In this document: one piece after another, positions 18,415-29,400 of the stretch
Layout of the letters: the number at the start of each line of letters is the position of its first letter
Numbering within the stretch: the stretch's first letter is position 1
The notes under the pieces: model-generated
Seen by the model: the letters and a program-made list of their open reading frames with translations, nothing else
Told to the model about the DNA's origin: nothing
Databases searched by the model: none
Source: Patescibacteria group bacterium
Lineage (GTDB): Bacteria > Patescibacteriota > JAQUNI01
Direction of reading: 5' to 3'
Length of the DNA stretch: 64,000 nt
Assembly: GCA_028717685.1 (NCBI GenBank)
Contig: JAQUNI010000001.1
Location: 143,451-207,450 of the forward strand
Program-made: the position numbers and the translations under genes

Positions 18415-19896
18415 TTATTCTTTAGAAATATAAGATGGCGGCTGGTCTATAACTGCCAAAAGGTAAATAGTCAATACGATATGCGCAATCCCGAAACTAG
18501 ACATTAAAAATGGCGAGGTGCCGCCTACAATTAAGAGCGCGATTAAACCCGACAAAAAACCCAGAATGAGCGCTTTTTGCTCTTTTCCTAAATCAAATTT
18601 AAACCAGAGTAGTTTCAAGCCTTTGAAAAATATGCCTAAGATCACGAGACCCCAAAAAGCAAAACCAATAACCCCCCATTTCACGAGCATATCAAGATAT
18701 CCCAATTCAAAAGAATAAGGATCCGCCACCTCGGCCTCGGTGCGATAGACGGGGAAATAGGTTCCAAAACCCGTGCCCCAAAAAGGATGGCGCAGAATAG
18801 AGCCGCCCAAAACCCGCACTTGGGAAACGCGCTCTCCTACCGAAATAGGGTCCTTTTCCACACTTACGCTCGTAGCTAAACGATTAAAGAAAAAATTGGA
18901 AAAAGAGAGATGGAAAAGACCTTGAAAAACAATCTCGGAAATTAAAAACAGAACAATAGCGCCGACTAAAAGTTTAAACCTTTGTTTCCACGATAACCAG
19001 AATAAGAGGAATAGAAGAGCGCCGATAATACCCACCCAAAAACCCCGCGTGTAACTCGCGACAATAGCTAGATACACGAATAAAATAGAAACTAAAACGA
19101 GGTTTCTAATATTCTTGCTTAAGGATGTCGCTCGCGAACGACATCCTAAATGACCGCGAATAAGAATAAAACTGACTAAGAGCAAAAGTCCGATCTGGAT
19201 AAAGACGCCATTGCCTGTAAAAAGCCTGTAAGCTCCGTCCGGCATAATCCCGATCTTCCCGCCATAAAACATCCTAGACAATAAGACCTGTTTTAAAAAC
19301 CAAATATTGATAATACCTAAAGCGGCTAAGAAATATAATAGGGTAAAAATAAAACTCACGGCGACAATAGAAACTAAATAAACTTTGATGAGCTTTTGAC
19401 CTTCAGAATATTTAGGCAAAACGGTAAGTAAAAGAAAAAATAGGATATAAAACAAAAATCCGTTAGCGTCTTTCAGAATATACTCCAAAGGAAAACCATA
19501 AATCCAGCCCAAGAGCCCCCAAAAAATTGGAAAAAAGAAAAAGAGAACTACTAAGGGCTTCGTAAATTTACTCTCTGCTAAAGGCGCCAGACTCACTTTT
19601 TTTCTGTAAATATAGAAAAGCCAAACTAAAATCAAAATTGCAAAAAAGGCGACGCGGATTGAAATTGGTCCTTTGAAATCAAGCCATCTGCCGCCGGCAC
19701 CGCCCAAAACCAATTCCGCAATAAAGACATGCAAAGCATAATCTAATCTGCGCCAAGCCAAAACGAAAAAAACCAAAGCAGTAATAATACTCAAAGGCAA
19801 AATCAAAAATTTCCAGGCGAAGACATTAGCTAAAATTGCTAATATAAAGGCGGTACCCAGAACAAAGATGAGAATTTTATTCAAATGATGAAACAT
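18415..19896 (-). CDS. O-antigen ligase/polymerase (Wzy_C) family membrane protein
   Basis: Multi-TM; SYTRGFW, HPFWGTGFG, LVKWGVIG; within a GT cluster. Confidence 0.85.
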   Translation of the reverse strand: MFHHLNKILIFVLGTAFILAILANVFAWKFLILPLSIITALVFFVLAWRRLDYALHVFIAELVLGGAGGRWLDFKGPISIRVAFFAILILVWLFYIYRKKVSLAPLAESKFTKPLVVLFFFFPIFWGLLGWIYGFPLEYILKDANGFLFYILFFLLLTVLPKYSEGQKLIKVYLVSIVAVSFIFTLLYFLAALGIINIWFLKQVLLSRMFYGGKIGIMPDGAYRLFTGNGVFIQIGLLLLVSFILIRGHLGCRSRATSLSKNIRNLVLVSILFVYLAIVASYTRGFWVGIIGALLFLLFWLSWKQRFKLLVGAIVLFLISEIVFQGLFHLSFSNFFFNRLATSVSVEKDPISVGERVSQVRVLGGSILRHPFWGTGFGTYFPVYRTEAEVADPYSFELGYLDMLVKWGVIGFAFWGLVILGIFFKGLKLLWFKFDLGKEQKALILGFLSGLIALLIVGGTSPFLMSSFGIAHIVLTIYLLAVIDQPPSYISKE

Positions 19897-19899
19897 AGA

Positions 19900-20031
19900 A
19901 AAATTTTCAATTTTCAGTTTCTAATTTCTATTAAATTTTTAATGAAATAATTTTTAAACAATAAAAAACTACAGCTTAGGAATTAAAAATTAGAAATTTA
20001 ATAAAAATTAATAATTGATCATTGAAAATTA
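19900..20031. repeat. Family A element, copy A4
   Basis: AATTTTCAATTTTCAGTTTCTAATTTCTATTAAATTTTTAATGAAATAATTTTTAAAC plus a degenerate inverted arm ending at the GT4 stop. Confidence 0.8.
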
Positions 20032-21360
20032 ATCTAAAATCTCTACCAACTTCTTGGTCAAACTTTTGCGTTCAAACTTTATCAACTCACCGTCCGTTAA
20101 TTCATACCTTAATATTCCTCCCCTCTGCCATTCGGAAAACAATTCCCAAAGTTTCTTTTTAATCCCCGCGATGTCCTGCGGTTCTATAATCTCGCCCACT
20201 CCCAGTTGAGTCAAAAAATCACGACAAGCTCCTTGCGGGATAAGAGCTAAAATGGGTTTGCGGGCGCGAAGATGCTCAAAAACCTTGCCGTGGATGTATG
20301 ATGAACGACCGCGCATTGGTCTGTCCACAAGCAAAAGAACATCTGAAATCAAACGATATTGGACAGCCTCTATATGCGGCTTTAAACCCAAAACCTTTAC
20401 CCGCGTACCCAAGCCCGTCCTATGAGCCATCTTTTTCTCTTCCAAAGTTAAATTCCCCAAGAAAAAAACTTGCGTTTTGGCTTTCATCTCGGGGTGTTCT
20501 AAAAAAAGTTCTTTTAATGCCTGCAGAAAATAACGTGGCGTGTTTCCAGGATGCGAATAATAAAAAGCCCCCGTGTGAGAAATAATAAAGTATTTCTCCA
20601 ACCTTTTGAACTTATCCAAATCTCTTTCCGCCAAGATAAAATCCTGCTCGTCATAACCATTGAAAAGGAGTGTGATTTTATCCCTATACTTCTTAAAATA
20701 CTCCCCGACATCTGGCGACGTCACTAAAATTTGATCACAATTCTTGACCACCGCGGTTTCCAAAATTTTTTCTAAGAAAAGGCGAGCAGGGGAGTGGGTT
20801 AAGACTGGTTCCAAGGAATCCAGACACCACCCGTCGCGGAAATCAGCGATCCACTTTACATAAGTGCATCTTTTTAAAAATAAACCGAGCAGGTGAGAGG
20901 TAGCGGGCGGAAAAGAGGACACTACATACTCTACCCTATATTTTTTAATAATCCAAAGGGCGTAAAAAAAAGCAAAAACTAACCAAGTAATCTTGGAATC
21001 CGGGAATAAAAACCAAGTTTTGATGAATTGTTTAATCCTGGCTTGCCAAAAATTGTTCTTAATTTCCGAATAGCCAGCAATATTTTGATTACTTCCTCCC
21101 CCTTCTTTGACTACTAAATTACGCAATTCCCCTGCCCGATACACCAAGGCCTCTTTATCCTCGCGACGTTTTTTCCTGTCCAATCTCTTTGCTAAAGTAA
21201 AGCTCTTCATCCGATCGTAGCGCCGCGAGAAATAAGAAGTAGTTAAAACAATCGGGCACACACCAAAATCCGGCAAATACTTTACGAATTTTTCAATTCT
21301 CTGCGTGCCGGCGTTATTGACTGGAGGATAGTAGTAGGCGAGAAATAAAATATTTTTCAT
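20029..21360 (-). CDS. GT4-type glycosyltransferase
   Basis: AYYYPP, WIADFRDGW, NGYDE, KVFEHL. Confidence 0.88.
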   Translation of the reverse strand: MKNILFLAYYYPPVNNAGTQRIEKFVKYLPDFGVCPIVLTTSYFSRRYDRMKSFTLAKRLDRKKRREDKEALVYRAGELRNLVVKEGGGSNQNIAGYSEIKNNFWQARIKQFIKTWFLFPDSKITWLVFAFFYALWIIKKYRVEYVVSSFPPATSHLLGLFLKRCTYVKWIADFRDGWCLDSLEPVLTHSPARLFLEKILETAVVKNCDQILVTSPDVGEYFKKYRDKITLLFNGYDEQDFILAERDLDKFKRLEKYFIISHTGAFYYSHPGNTPRYFLQALKELFLEHPEMKAKTQVFFLGNLTLEEKKMAHRTGLGTRVKVLGLKPHIEAVQYRLISDVLLLVDRPMRGRSSYIHGKVFEHLRARKPILALIPQGACRDFLTQLGVGEIIEPQDIAGIKKKLWELFSEWQRGGILRYELTDGELIKFERKSLTKKLVEILD

Positions 21361-21371
21361 AAGGTGTAAAA

Positions 21372-21520
21372 ATAATTTCCAATTTTCAATTACTAATTTC
21401 TATTAAATTTTCAATTACTTAATTTTTAAACTATTTGCCCCGTTTGGAAATTTTTCATTTCTAACGGCGTTTGAAAATTGATTCATTAAAAATTTAATGA
21501 AAATTAAAAATTAGAAATTA
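21372..21520. repeat. Family A element, copy A5, with nested CCCCGTT..AACGG palindrome
   Basis: Near-identical to the reverse complement of the core of 56153-56337. Confidence 0.85.
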
Positions 21521-22675
21521 AAAATTTTCACTAATACTTACTGAACTTCTTATAAAATCTTTTGTTATCTTCTCCCAATTAAACTCCGCTTTCACCCTCC
21601 GACGCCCTGCTTCTCCCATCTTCTTCCTTAAATTCTCGTCTTCCAAAAGCTGAATCACCTTGAAAGCTAAATCCTTAGGGTTTTCTGGGTCAACCAAAAA
21701 TCCTGTTTCGCCATCAATAATGGCTTCAGGTATGCCGCCTGATCTGCCGCCAATTACGGGACAACCGCAGGCATTCGCCTCCAAAAAAACCATCCCAAAA
21801 CCTTCCACGTCCTCGCGAATCTGCCTAGAAGGCATCAAAAAAATATCTGCTAAATTGTAAAGGCGGGGTAAATCCGCATCCCGCACAAAACCAATAAACT
21901 CCACCGCTTCTTGAATTCTAGGATCGGAACTTTTTTCTACCATTGCACGCAACCTTGCTTCATCCGGCCCCTTGCCTCCTATAAGATAAATGGTGTTGGG
22001 GAATTTTTCCAAAATCGCGGGCAAAGCGCGAATCACCAAATCAAAACCCTTGCGGCTGACGAGCCGCGAAACCGAAAGAAGAATTTTTTTTTCGGGAGGA
22101 ATATGATATTTTTTCTTCACCTCTGCCGTTGCCAAACCAGACCGGAAACAGCTACCGTCCACTCCCGGATAAATCACGCTAATCTTTTCCGCTGGCAAAC
22201 CCAAAAGTGACATTTCTTCTTTGGTAAAATTGCTGTTCGCGATCCCGCCGGCAGCCTCTTTGTAAATTATCTTCACTAAATAACGCAAAAAACGCGATTT
22301 CCGCATCGCTAAAATATCCAAACCATAAGCCCAGACAAAATAGGGAAGACCCAAAAGCTTTTTTAAAACCCACGCCGCAAGGTAGGAAGCAAAACCATGG
22401 GCGGCTTGCACAAATTCCACTTTCTCTTTTAAGGCAATCCAAAGGCTAAAAAAGGGGGAAACAAGCCATTTTGGTTTGGAAAAACGCGTCTCTAATCCTC
22501 TTCTATAAATCGGATAATTCTGCCATCGGTCAAAATCCCGGCCGAATTCTCTCCTTTTATTCGTTAAGACCACCACTTTCCCTTTTGGCAATCTTTTAAT
22601 GATATTATGCAAACACAACTCAATACCCCCCGTAGCCGGACAAAAAATGGTCGTGATGAATAAATTTTTCCGCAT
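21518..22675 (-). CDS. GT4 glycosyltransferase (PimB-like)
   Basis: GGIE, SRLVSRKG, EGFGMVFLEANACG. Confidence 0.92.
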   Translation of the reverse strand: MRKNLFITTIFCPATGGIELCLHNIIKRLPKGKVVVLTNKRREFGRDFDRWQNYPIYRRGLETRFSKPKWLVSPFFSLWIALKEKVEFVQAAHGFASYLAAWVLKKLLGLPYFVWAYGLDILAMRKSRFLRYLVKIIYKEAAGGIANSNFTKEEMSLLGLPAEKISVIYPGVDGSCFRSGLATAEVKKKYHIPPEKKILLSVSRLVSRKGFDLVIRALPAILEKFPNTIYLIGGKGPDEARLRAMVEKSSDPRIQEAVEFIGFVRDADLPRLYNLADIFLMPSRQIREDVEGFGMVFLEANACGCPVIGGRSGGIPEAIIDGETGFLVDPENPKDLAFKVIQLLEDENLRKKMGEAGRRRVKAEFNWEKITKDFIRSSVSISENF

Positions 22676-22847
22676 AAAAAAATGGCTTCAAGATTAACGA
22701 GATAAAAAATCCATTTTTGAAAATATCTATATTTTTGCCTAATAATACAATAAATACAAAAAAATTGCAATCTATTTGACCTATTATTGCAATTAGAGAA
22801 ATGCTTCAAAAAAAATTGATCAGCAATAGGGGACTAGTTCCTCTCCC

Positions 22848-23549
22848 CTACGCCTTGCTAATTTTAATTTTTGCAAAAGTCCTTTCTTGCTCCGCAATCA
22901 CCTCTTGACGGCGCAAAAGCTCTAAAAGCGCCAAAAAACTCACAATCTGCCCTAACCTATCCCCCGTCTTGTTCAGGCTTCCCAGGGTCACTTTCATTCG
23001 GCTCTCCAAGCACATTTTAATAAAATCAATTTTTTCCCGAACGGAAATACTTTTTCTTAAAGTTCCCTCCTCTAACTTCTCCTCTTCCTCTAAAAAATGC
23101 TCGATCATATTAGCATAAATATTGGCTAAGCGGCTGGCTGAAAATTTTAATGGCGGGGAAAAACAAACCTTACGCGAAAACCAAACATTACGGATTAGGC
23201 TGTACTCTCCCCTACTCTCTAATTTTTTGAGCTCCCCTGCTAAAAATTTGTATTTTTGATAAATATTAAGCCTCTGTTTCAATTCCTCAATATCTTCCTC
23301 TTCTTCGTTCGTCAATTCCAAATCAGGCAGAATTTCTTTGGATTTTAATAAAAGCAATCTCGCCGCTACGACTAAAAACTCCGAGAGTTGCTCGGGATTC
23401 ACTTTGCGATTCTCAATGTAGGCTAAATATTGATCCGCTATCTTGGCTAAAGAAATGTCTGTAATCTTCAGCCTTTCATCTTCAATCAACTGCAGCAGCA
23501 AATCTAGCGGACCTTGAAATTTCTCCAGCTGAAAATGGTATGGGCGCAT
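22848..23549 (-). CDS. scpA: Segregation and condensation protein A
   Basis: FQGPLDLLLQLI, FLVVAARLLLLKS, SFLALLEL. Confidence 0.93.
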   Translation of the reverse strand: MRPYHFQLEKFQGPLDLLLQLIEDERLKITDISLAKIADQYLAYIENRKVNPEQLSEFLVVAARLLLLKSKEILPDLELTNEEEEDIEELKQRLNIYQKYKFLAGELKKLESRGEYSLIRNVWFSRKVCFSPPLKFSASRLANIYANMIEHFLEEEEKLEEGTLRKSISVREKIDFIKMCLESRMKVTLGSLNKTGDRLGQIVSFLALLELLRRQEVIAEQERTFAKIKISKA

Positions 23550-23585
23550 TGATATTTATCCCCCACCAATTGGTATAGATAGAGG

Positions 23586-24077
23586 TTATCTTGCTTTTGA
23601 AAACAAACCCTCAACTGGCTTTTCAATCTTGCGGTAAACCGAAGCGGTAATTTTGATTGCTTCTTCAAAACTACCAGCGTTTAAAATAATCTTTTTATTT
23701 TTAAGCAATAATTTATCAATGTAGGTTTTCTGTTTATAAAGCGAACCGAAGGGAACAAGGGTACCGGCTTTTTTGGTGATCTTCATTTTAATCTGCGCCT
23801 CACTGGCAATTTTCAGCTTCTGGCAAGCCCGCTCGCCCATTTTCTTCCGCTCGGCATTAATAAGTTTTTTGAGCCTCATAATATCCAAACGACGGTTTCC
23901 TGGCACTACCGCGAATATAAATTCCGTATCTGCCCGTACCAGTAAAGTTTTGGCAATCTCTTTTAAATCCGCGCGCAAGGTTTGGGCAAGGTCAAATGTC
24001 GTATAAACGGTTTTATGCGGCATTAACTTATAAACCGCCTTTGATTTTTTTAGAAAATTTTCTAGACGTTTGAGCAT
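23586..24077 (-). CDS. YbaK/EbsC family aminoacyl-tRNA editing-like protein
   Basis: HKTVYT, IAKTLLV, GTLVPFG, NAGS. Confidence 0.85.
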   Translation of the reverse strand: MLKRLENFLKKSKAVYKLMPHKTVYTTFDLAQTLRADLKEIAKTLLVRADTEFIFAVVPGNRRLDIMRLKKLINAERKKMGERACQKLKIASEAQIKMKITKKAGTLVPFGSLYKQKTYIDKLLLKNKKIILNAGSFEEAIKITASVYRKIEKPVEGLFSKAR

Positions 24078-24090
24078 AGATGTATGATTA

Positions 24091-24246
24091 AAATTATTCT
24101 AATTGACCTAATTATTCTAATTATTCTAAAAAATGACCAATGTCCAAGCACCAATGAATCAATTAATAACAGAATTAGGTAATTGGGATTTAGTTATTAG
24201 GATTTATTTAGGTTAATTAGAACAATTAGAATAATTAGAATAATTT
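24091..24246. repeat. Family C element (AATTATTCT 9-mer plus AATGACC 7-mer arms)
   Basis: Inverted arms; second copy in opposite orientation at 40452-40592. Confidence 0.8.
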
Positions 24247-25644
24247 TTATTTCACAATCTTTAAATGTAATTCCCTCAGTTGTTTAGTGTCCACTTCATT
24301 CGGCGCGTCCATCACTGCCGTTGTCCCCTTTCCTGTGGTAGGAAACGGAATCATCTCCCGAATGTTTTTTTCAGCCATTAACACCATTAAAAGCCGATCC
24401 AGCCCAGCGGCAATCCCCCCGTGCGGCGGGACGCCATATTCAAAAGATTGCAACAGATGCCCAAACCTTTCCTCAATATCCCCGCTCTTGTAGCCTAAAA
24501 GTTCAAAAACGCGCTTCAAAATTTTGGGGTCAGTAGTGCGGATTGATCCTCCAAAAACCTCATTGCCGTTTAAAGCTAAATCATATTGCAACGCCCTAAT
24601 CCGAGCCAAATCTTTCCCCTCTTTTAATAGGTCTAAATCCGCGGTGTGAATAGCGGTAAAAGGGTGATGTTGCGGTCCCCAAGCTTTTTCCTCTTTGTGA
24701 TATTCAAACATCGGGAAGTCGTAAATCCAAGCAAAAGCCATTTTGCCGCTCTCGGGATCGCGCCGCAAATCCGGCTTGTCAGATTTATATTTCTTCATTG
24801 CCTCTTGGTAAGGAATGCGCGGAAAAGGAATTTCCTGGATTTCCTTTTTAAGAACACCCTCTGTGAAGCCAATCATTAATTCTTCAGTCAAATTCAAAAT
24901 ATCTTCTTGGTCGCAAAAAGACATCTCAATATCTAATTGCGTAAATTCCAGCAAACGATCCGCCCTTAAATCTTCATCCCTAAAACAGCGCGGAAATTGA
25001 AAATATTTTTCCACGCCTGCAACCATCAAAAGCTGCTTGTATTGCTGGGGGGACTGGGGAAGAGCGTAAAATTTCCCAGGGTGCAAACGGCTTGGCACTA
25101 AAAAATCCCGCGCGCCTTCCGGCGTAGATTTGGTCAGAATCGGAGTTTCAATCTCCAAAAATCCCTTTTTCTTTAAAAAGGCGCGGATATAATCTACGGC
25201 TTTTGCCCGCTTTTTAAGAATCTTTAGCACCCTCTCTCTGCGCATATCCAGATAACGATATTTCAGCCGCAAATCCTCTTTCACCTCTCTGCCATCATCT
25301 GTCACCTCAAAAGGCAGGGTCCGGCTTGCGGACAGAATATGAATCGCGCTCGCTTCTACTTCAATCTCGCCCGTTTTTAAATTCGGATTAACTAACTTTT
25401 CCGGCCGCCTGTTCACCTTGCCCTTTACCTGCAATACAAACTCCGGCCGCGCGCCTTCCGCAATTTTGTGCGCCTCTCTTGATACCTCCGGATTCACAAC
25501 TACCTGCACCAATCCTTCTTTATCGCGCAAATCTAAAAAAATTAATTTTCCGTGGTCTCGCCGAGCGTGCACAAAGCCAGCTAAAGTTACTTCTTTGCCT
25601 TCCTCTTTTTTAGACAATAATCCGCAATAATGATCTTTAAGCAT
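24247..25644 (-). CDS. aspS: Aspartate--tRNA ligase (short form; probable start MLKDHYCG)
   Basis: RRDHGKLIFLDLRD, LRLKYRYLDMRR, STPEGARDFLVP, LPQSPQ, FRDEDLRADR, PPHGG. Confidence 0.95.
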   Translation of the reverse strand: MLKDHYCGLLSKKEEGKEVTLAGFVHARRDHGKLIFLDLRDKEGLVQVVVNPEVSREAHKIAEGARPEFVLQVKGKVNRRPEKLVNPNLKTGEIEVEASAIHILSASRTLPFEVTDDGREVKEDLRLKYRYLDMRRERVLKILKKRAKAVDYIRAFLKKKGFLEIETPILTKSTPEGARDFLVPSRLHPGKFYALPQSPQQYKQLLMVAGVEKYFQFPRCFRDEDLRADRLLEFTQLDIEMSFCDQEDILNLTEELMIGFTEGVLKKEIQEIPFPRIPYQEAMKKYKSDKPDLRRDPESGKMAFAWIYDFPMFEYHKEEKAWGPQHHPFTAIHTADLDLLKEGKDLARIRALQYDLALNGNEVFGGSIRTTDPKILKRVFELLGYKSGDIEERFGHLLQSFEYGVPPHGGIAAGLDRLLMVLMAEKNIREMIPFPTTGKGTTAVMDAPNEVDTKQLRELHLKIVK

Positions 25645-25654
25645 AATGATTATA

Positions 25655-25690
25655 CCCCTCTCCTTGCCAAGGGGAGATTTAGGAGGGGTC
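25655..25690. repeat. CCCCTC..CCTT..AAGGGGAG REP-like palindrome
   Basis: Related copies near 31421, 34423, 62036 and 63524-63684. Confidence 0.65.
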
Positions 25691-25763
25691 TTTATCATTT
25701 TTATTTTACCATAAAAAAAAATCTTTGAAAATAAAAAAGAGGCAATGCAAATTGCCTCAAGTT

Positions 25764-26018
25764 TCAAGAAAATAAATCCTCAATCTTCTTTTTCACTTCA
25801 TCAATATTACCCATGCAATAGAAGCAGGATTTAAAGAGTGATTCATGTTTTTCAAAATCTGAATTTGTCTTCAATTTTTCTATAACATTATCCTTATCGG
25901 AATAAATTCGACAGAAAGCGCCGTCTGAATTACCCCATTGGAAAAGAACCATGTCATTATCTCTAAGATTTATAGCAACTTCTACCAACTGGTTGACAAC
26001 TAAAATTTTTACAGCCAT
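25764..26018 (-). CDS. Hypothetical protein
   Basis: AAAGGAG RBS before ATG at 26018. Confidence 0.55.
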   Translation of the reverse strand: MAVKILVVNQLVEVAINLRDNDMVLFQWGNSDGAFCRIYSDKDNVIEKLKTNSDFEKHESLFKSCFYCMGNIDEVKKKIEDLFS

Positions 26019-26315
26019 TTTAATCTCCTTTATGATAAATATCTCCAATAACCCAGCTTCTAGTTAGACTAACGAAGATGCCTTTTGTATCATTATAGAT
26101 AAAAAATCATACTACAAAATAAAGGACAATAAACAATCCTAACAATAATTCGTAATTTTGTCAAATAAAAAATCACTACAAGATTGACTGCAAGGTTTAA
26201 TAAAGCAGGGATAATAATTATGGATCCAATAGGAGGAAATAGGCTAATCTACGAAGGGACTATATAAAAAGCAAATCTCACATTAAAATTAATGTGAGTT
26301 TTTTATCTTTAAAAA

Positions 26316-26347
26316 ACTAACCCTTAAGGGCGAGGGTTAGTCTTCCA
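26316..26347 (-). terminator. Terminator-like hairpin, duplicated at 30582-30613
   Basis: Minus strand GGAAGACTAACCCT-CGCCCTTA-AGGGTTAGT followed by a T-run. Confidence 0.7.
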
Positions 26348-26464
26348 TGCGCACTTTAAGGCGGATTTTAATTAGCGGATTTGTTGTTTTAATTAAGGAT
26401 AGACCAGTATTTTCGGACTCTAATAACTGCCAATCTGCCAGAAGAAGGTGGCATCTTAATATCT

Positions 26465-29400
26465 TTAATCTTCGCCTTTCTTTTCTCCCCCTTCTTTGAT
26501 TATCCACCAATTAAATTCCGTATCTTCTGACACTTCTTCCAGAGCAGAAACGGTAAAACTTTTCTCGCCCACTTCAGACAAATAAATAAATGTGGAAGAT
26601 AGTGGGGTTATACCAATAAATGAATCTTTGGTTACTTCCTCATTCTCAAAAACTGCGTCTTTTTTTCCTGCTTCAATAACACCTGTGCCTGTGATTATAT
26701 TGGTTATCTTACCTACAACCTCTAAATCACCTTTCACCACCACTTTCGGTTCGGGCACAGTGTCATTTGCTTCCCCGGGATTCAATTCCAGAATGCCAGT
26801 TTCCGAGAGAATCCTGCCCGAAACAAGCTTTAGCTCCCCTTTCACCTTTACATTCCCGTCCTTATCTACCGCGAAGTTCTCGCTATTAATCTCTAAGCCT
26901 GTGGCAGCATCCAGAACAAGGTATTTGTTGGGGTCGCCGATTATTACTTTGTCCTCCACAATCTTTACAATCTGCTGTAAATTCTGTGTTTCTTCTTCTA
27001 GTTCTTGAATCCTGGCGGTATTCGCTTGGTTGGATTCCATTACTGTTAAAATAGAGGCGCTTAAAGTGTTTAATTGATTGGAGACATTCTCCAGATTGCT
27101 CAAACTGTCTACTAGGGTTTGGAGGGTGCTTTGCAGTGATTCTAGATCAACTTGCTCGGAAGAAGCCCCCTCTACCATTTGTGCTGGCGCTGTGTCAGCA
27201 TCATTTTCCGTAATTTGTGATTCGTAATTCGTAATTCGGGTCTCCAGATCCTGAATCCTTGATTCTTGATCTTTGATTCTTGATTCTAAAGACAGAATTC
27301 CTGATTCCTGATTCCCTATCCCTAATTCCAAGCCAGTGAGACGCGAGGTCGTGTCGCCCGCGGAAATACCAAGTTCATTCTGCACTAATTGCATATTATC
27401 ATCTATGACCGATAGCTTTTGCTGCTGCTCCTTGAGCACCTCATTCTGATAAAGGGAGATCCGTTCATATTTGATTGCGTCAGGTCTGCCTTGCTCGTCA
27501 TATATTACAAGGTTAGAAAGGCCTAAAGCGTCAAATTCTTCGGCAATAAAGCCGACATCCCTCTTTCCTGTTGCTTTATCAATAAAGGAGGTAGGTCTTG
27601 CTTCTAGAATCTTGGTAAAGTCATCTTGCAGGGTCTGCACATCATCTTTGTATCGCAAAGAGGAAGTAGAACGGTAGACACTGCCCGTGGTCGTATCAAT
27701 AAACATATTGGCGGCGGAAGCGGAAGTGTCTATATTTGCAATGACAAACTTGGTGCCAGGGGCGCTCGTGCCGATACCGATCGCGCCCGTGGAGGTAATC
27801 ACGAAGGCGGGCGTTGCCCCACCTAAAGTAGCAGCAGTTTCAATCTTGAATTTATCGCTATCGCTGTCATCAACTCCCACGGAGAATTTAGTAGAATCAG
27901 CAATTTTAAAGTCTAAAATAGGATCACCAGAAGCTTTATTTAAAGAAAGAAGATTGTCTGGCGTGCTCGTCCCGATGCCGACGTTTCCGCTCATTATGGA
28001 CATCCCGCCTTGATAGATATGATTAGTTGACACAACATTCATTTCAGATTTGCCAGAGGTCATTACTTGGTGTGTGCCACCACTCCAATTCCAAGACACG
28101 GCGACAAACAAACCATTGCCATAGGTTACTGACATCCACCAATTTGATTCGGGCGCGGTTCTAGTTGTCCAGGTGATGCCATCGGGTGAAGTCATTACTC
28201 GGTTAGTGTCAGTTAGACCAACGGCGACAAACAAACCATTGCCATAGGTTACTGAATTCCAAGAATCTGCTACTGCGGTTCTAGCTGTCCAGGTGATACC
28301 ATCAGGCGAAGTCATTACTCGGTGTGTGCCACTGTGACCAACTGCCACAAACAAACCATTGCCATAAGTTACTGCATACCACGTATTTGCTTCGGCTGCG
28401 GTTCTAGCTGTCCAGGTAATGCCATCGGGCGAAGTCATTACCCGGTTGGTGCCATTATAAGCGACGGCGACAAACAAACCATTGCCATAGGTTACTGAAT
28501 ACCACGAATTTGCTTCGGGCGCGGTTCGGGCTGTCCAAGTGATGCCGTCAGGCGAAGTCATTACTCGGTGTGTGCCGCTGTAAGCAACTGCGACAAACAA
28601 GCCATTGCCATAAGTTACTCCTTCCCATTTATTTGCTTCGGCCGCGGTTCGGGCTGTCCAAGTGATGCCATCAGGAGAAGTCATTACTCGGTGTGTGCCA
28701 GTTTCAGCGACTGCCACGAATAAACCATTGCCATAAGTGACCCAATTCCACCCATTTGCTTCGGCTGCAGTTCGGGCTGTCCAGGTGATGCCATCGGGCG
28801 AAGTCATTACTCGGTTGGTGCCATTATAAGAGACGGCGACAAACAAGCCATTGCCATAAGCTACCCCATTCCACGTATTTGCTTCGGTCGCGGTTCGGGC
28901 TATCCAGGAAGTTCCTTTGGATATGATGTTGCCAACAACTTCTAACTTCTCGCCTGGTGTTGTCGTCCCCACCCCAAGCCTGTTATTCGTGTCATCCCAG
29001 TAAAAATTAGCGTTATCTTGAGCCAGCGCGCCTGCGGCATCAGTGAAAACCACCGAGCCTTGGGTAAAACCAGGGGTAATGGTGCCGATAACATTGCCAT
29101 AGATTGTGCCGTCAACCTCTAAAACATCCTCTACATAGAGGTCTCCGTCTCCTGTGGCATAATTCACTGTTCCGCCATTGCCAATAAAGACGTTGCGGTT
29201 AAACCAAGCGTCTTGATGGACGCGCAGAGTGCCTGCTGTTTCCACATCCCCTGTTTTGCCGTTAACAATAAATTTGTCATCGTCTATGTAGATTCCGCCA
29301 TTTGCCTCTAGAATGCCGGTGAGCTTGGTCTGACCATCTACGGTAAGATTATTGTAAAGATGGGCATCTTTAATCACAATCAGTTCTTGACCGACTTTTA

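Noticed and set aside
25645-25767. N-terminal extension of AspS
   Set aside because: It reads through a REP-like palindrome; homology begins at MLKDHYCG
28055-28906. CRISPR array or DGR target in the 126-nt repeats
   Set aside because: Repeats are in-frame coding units without unique spacers; variation is not adenine-restricted; no cas, RT or template repeat in the window
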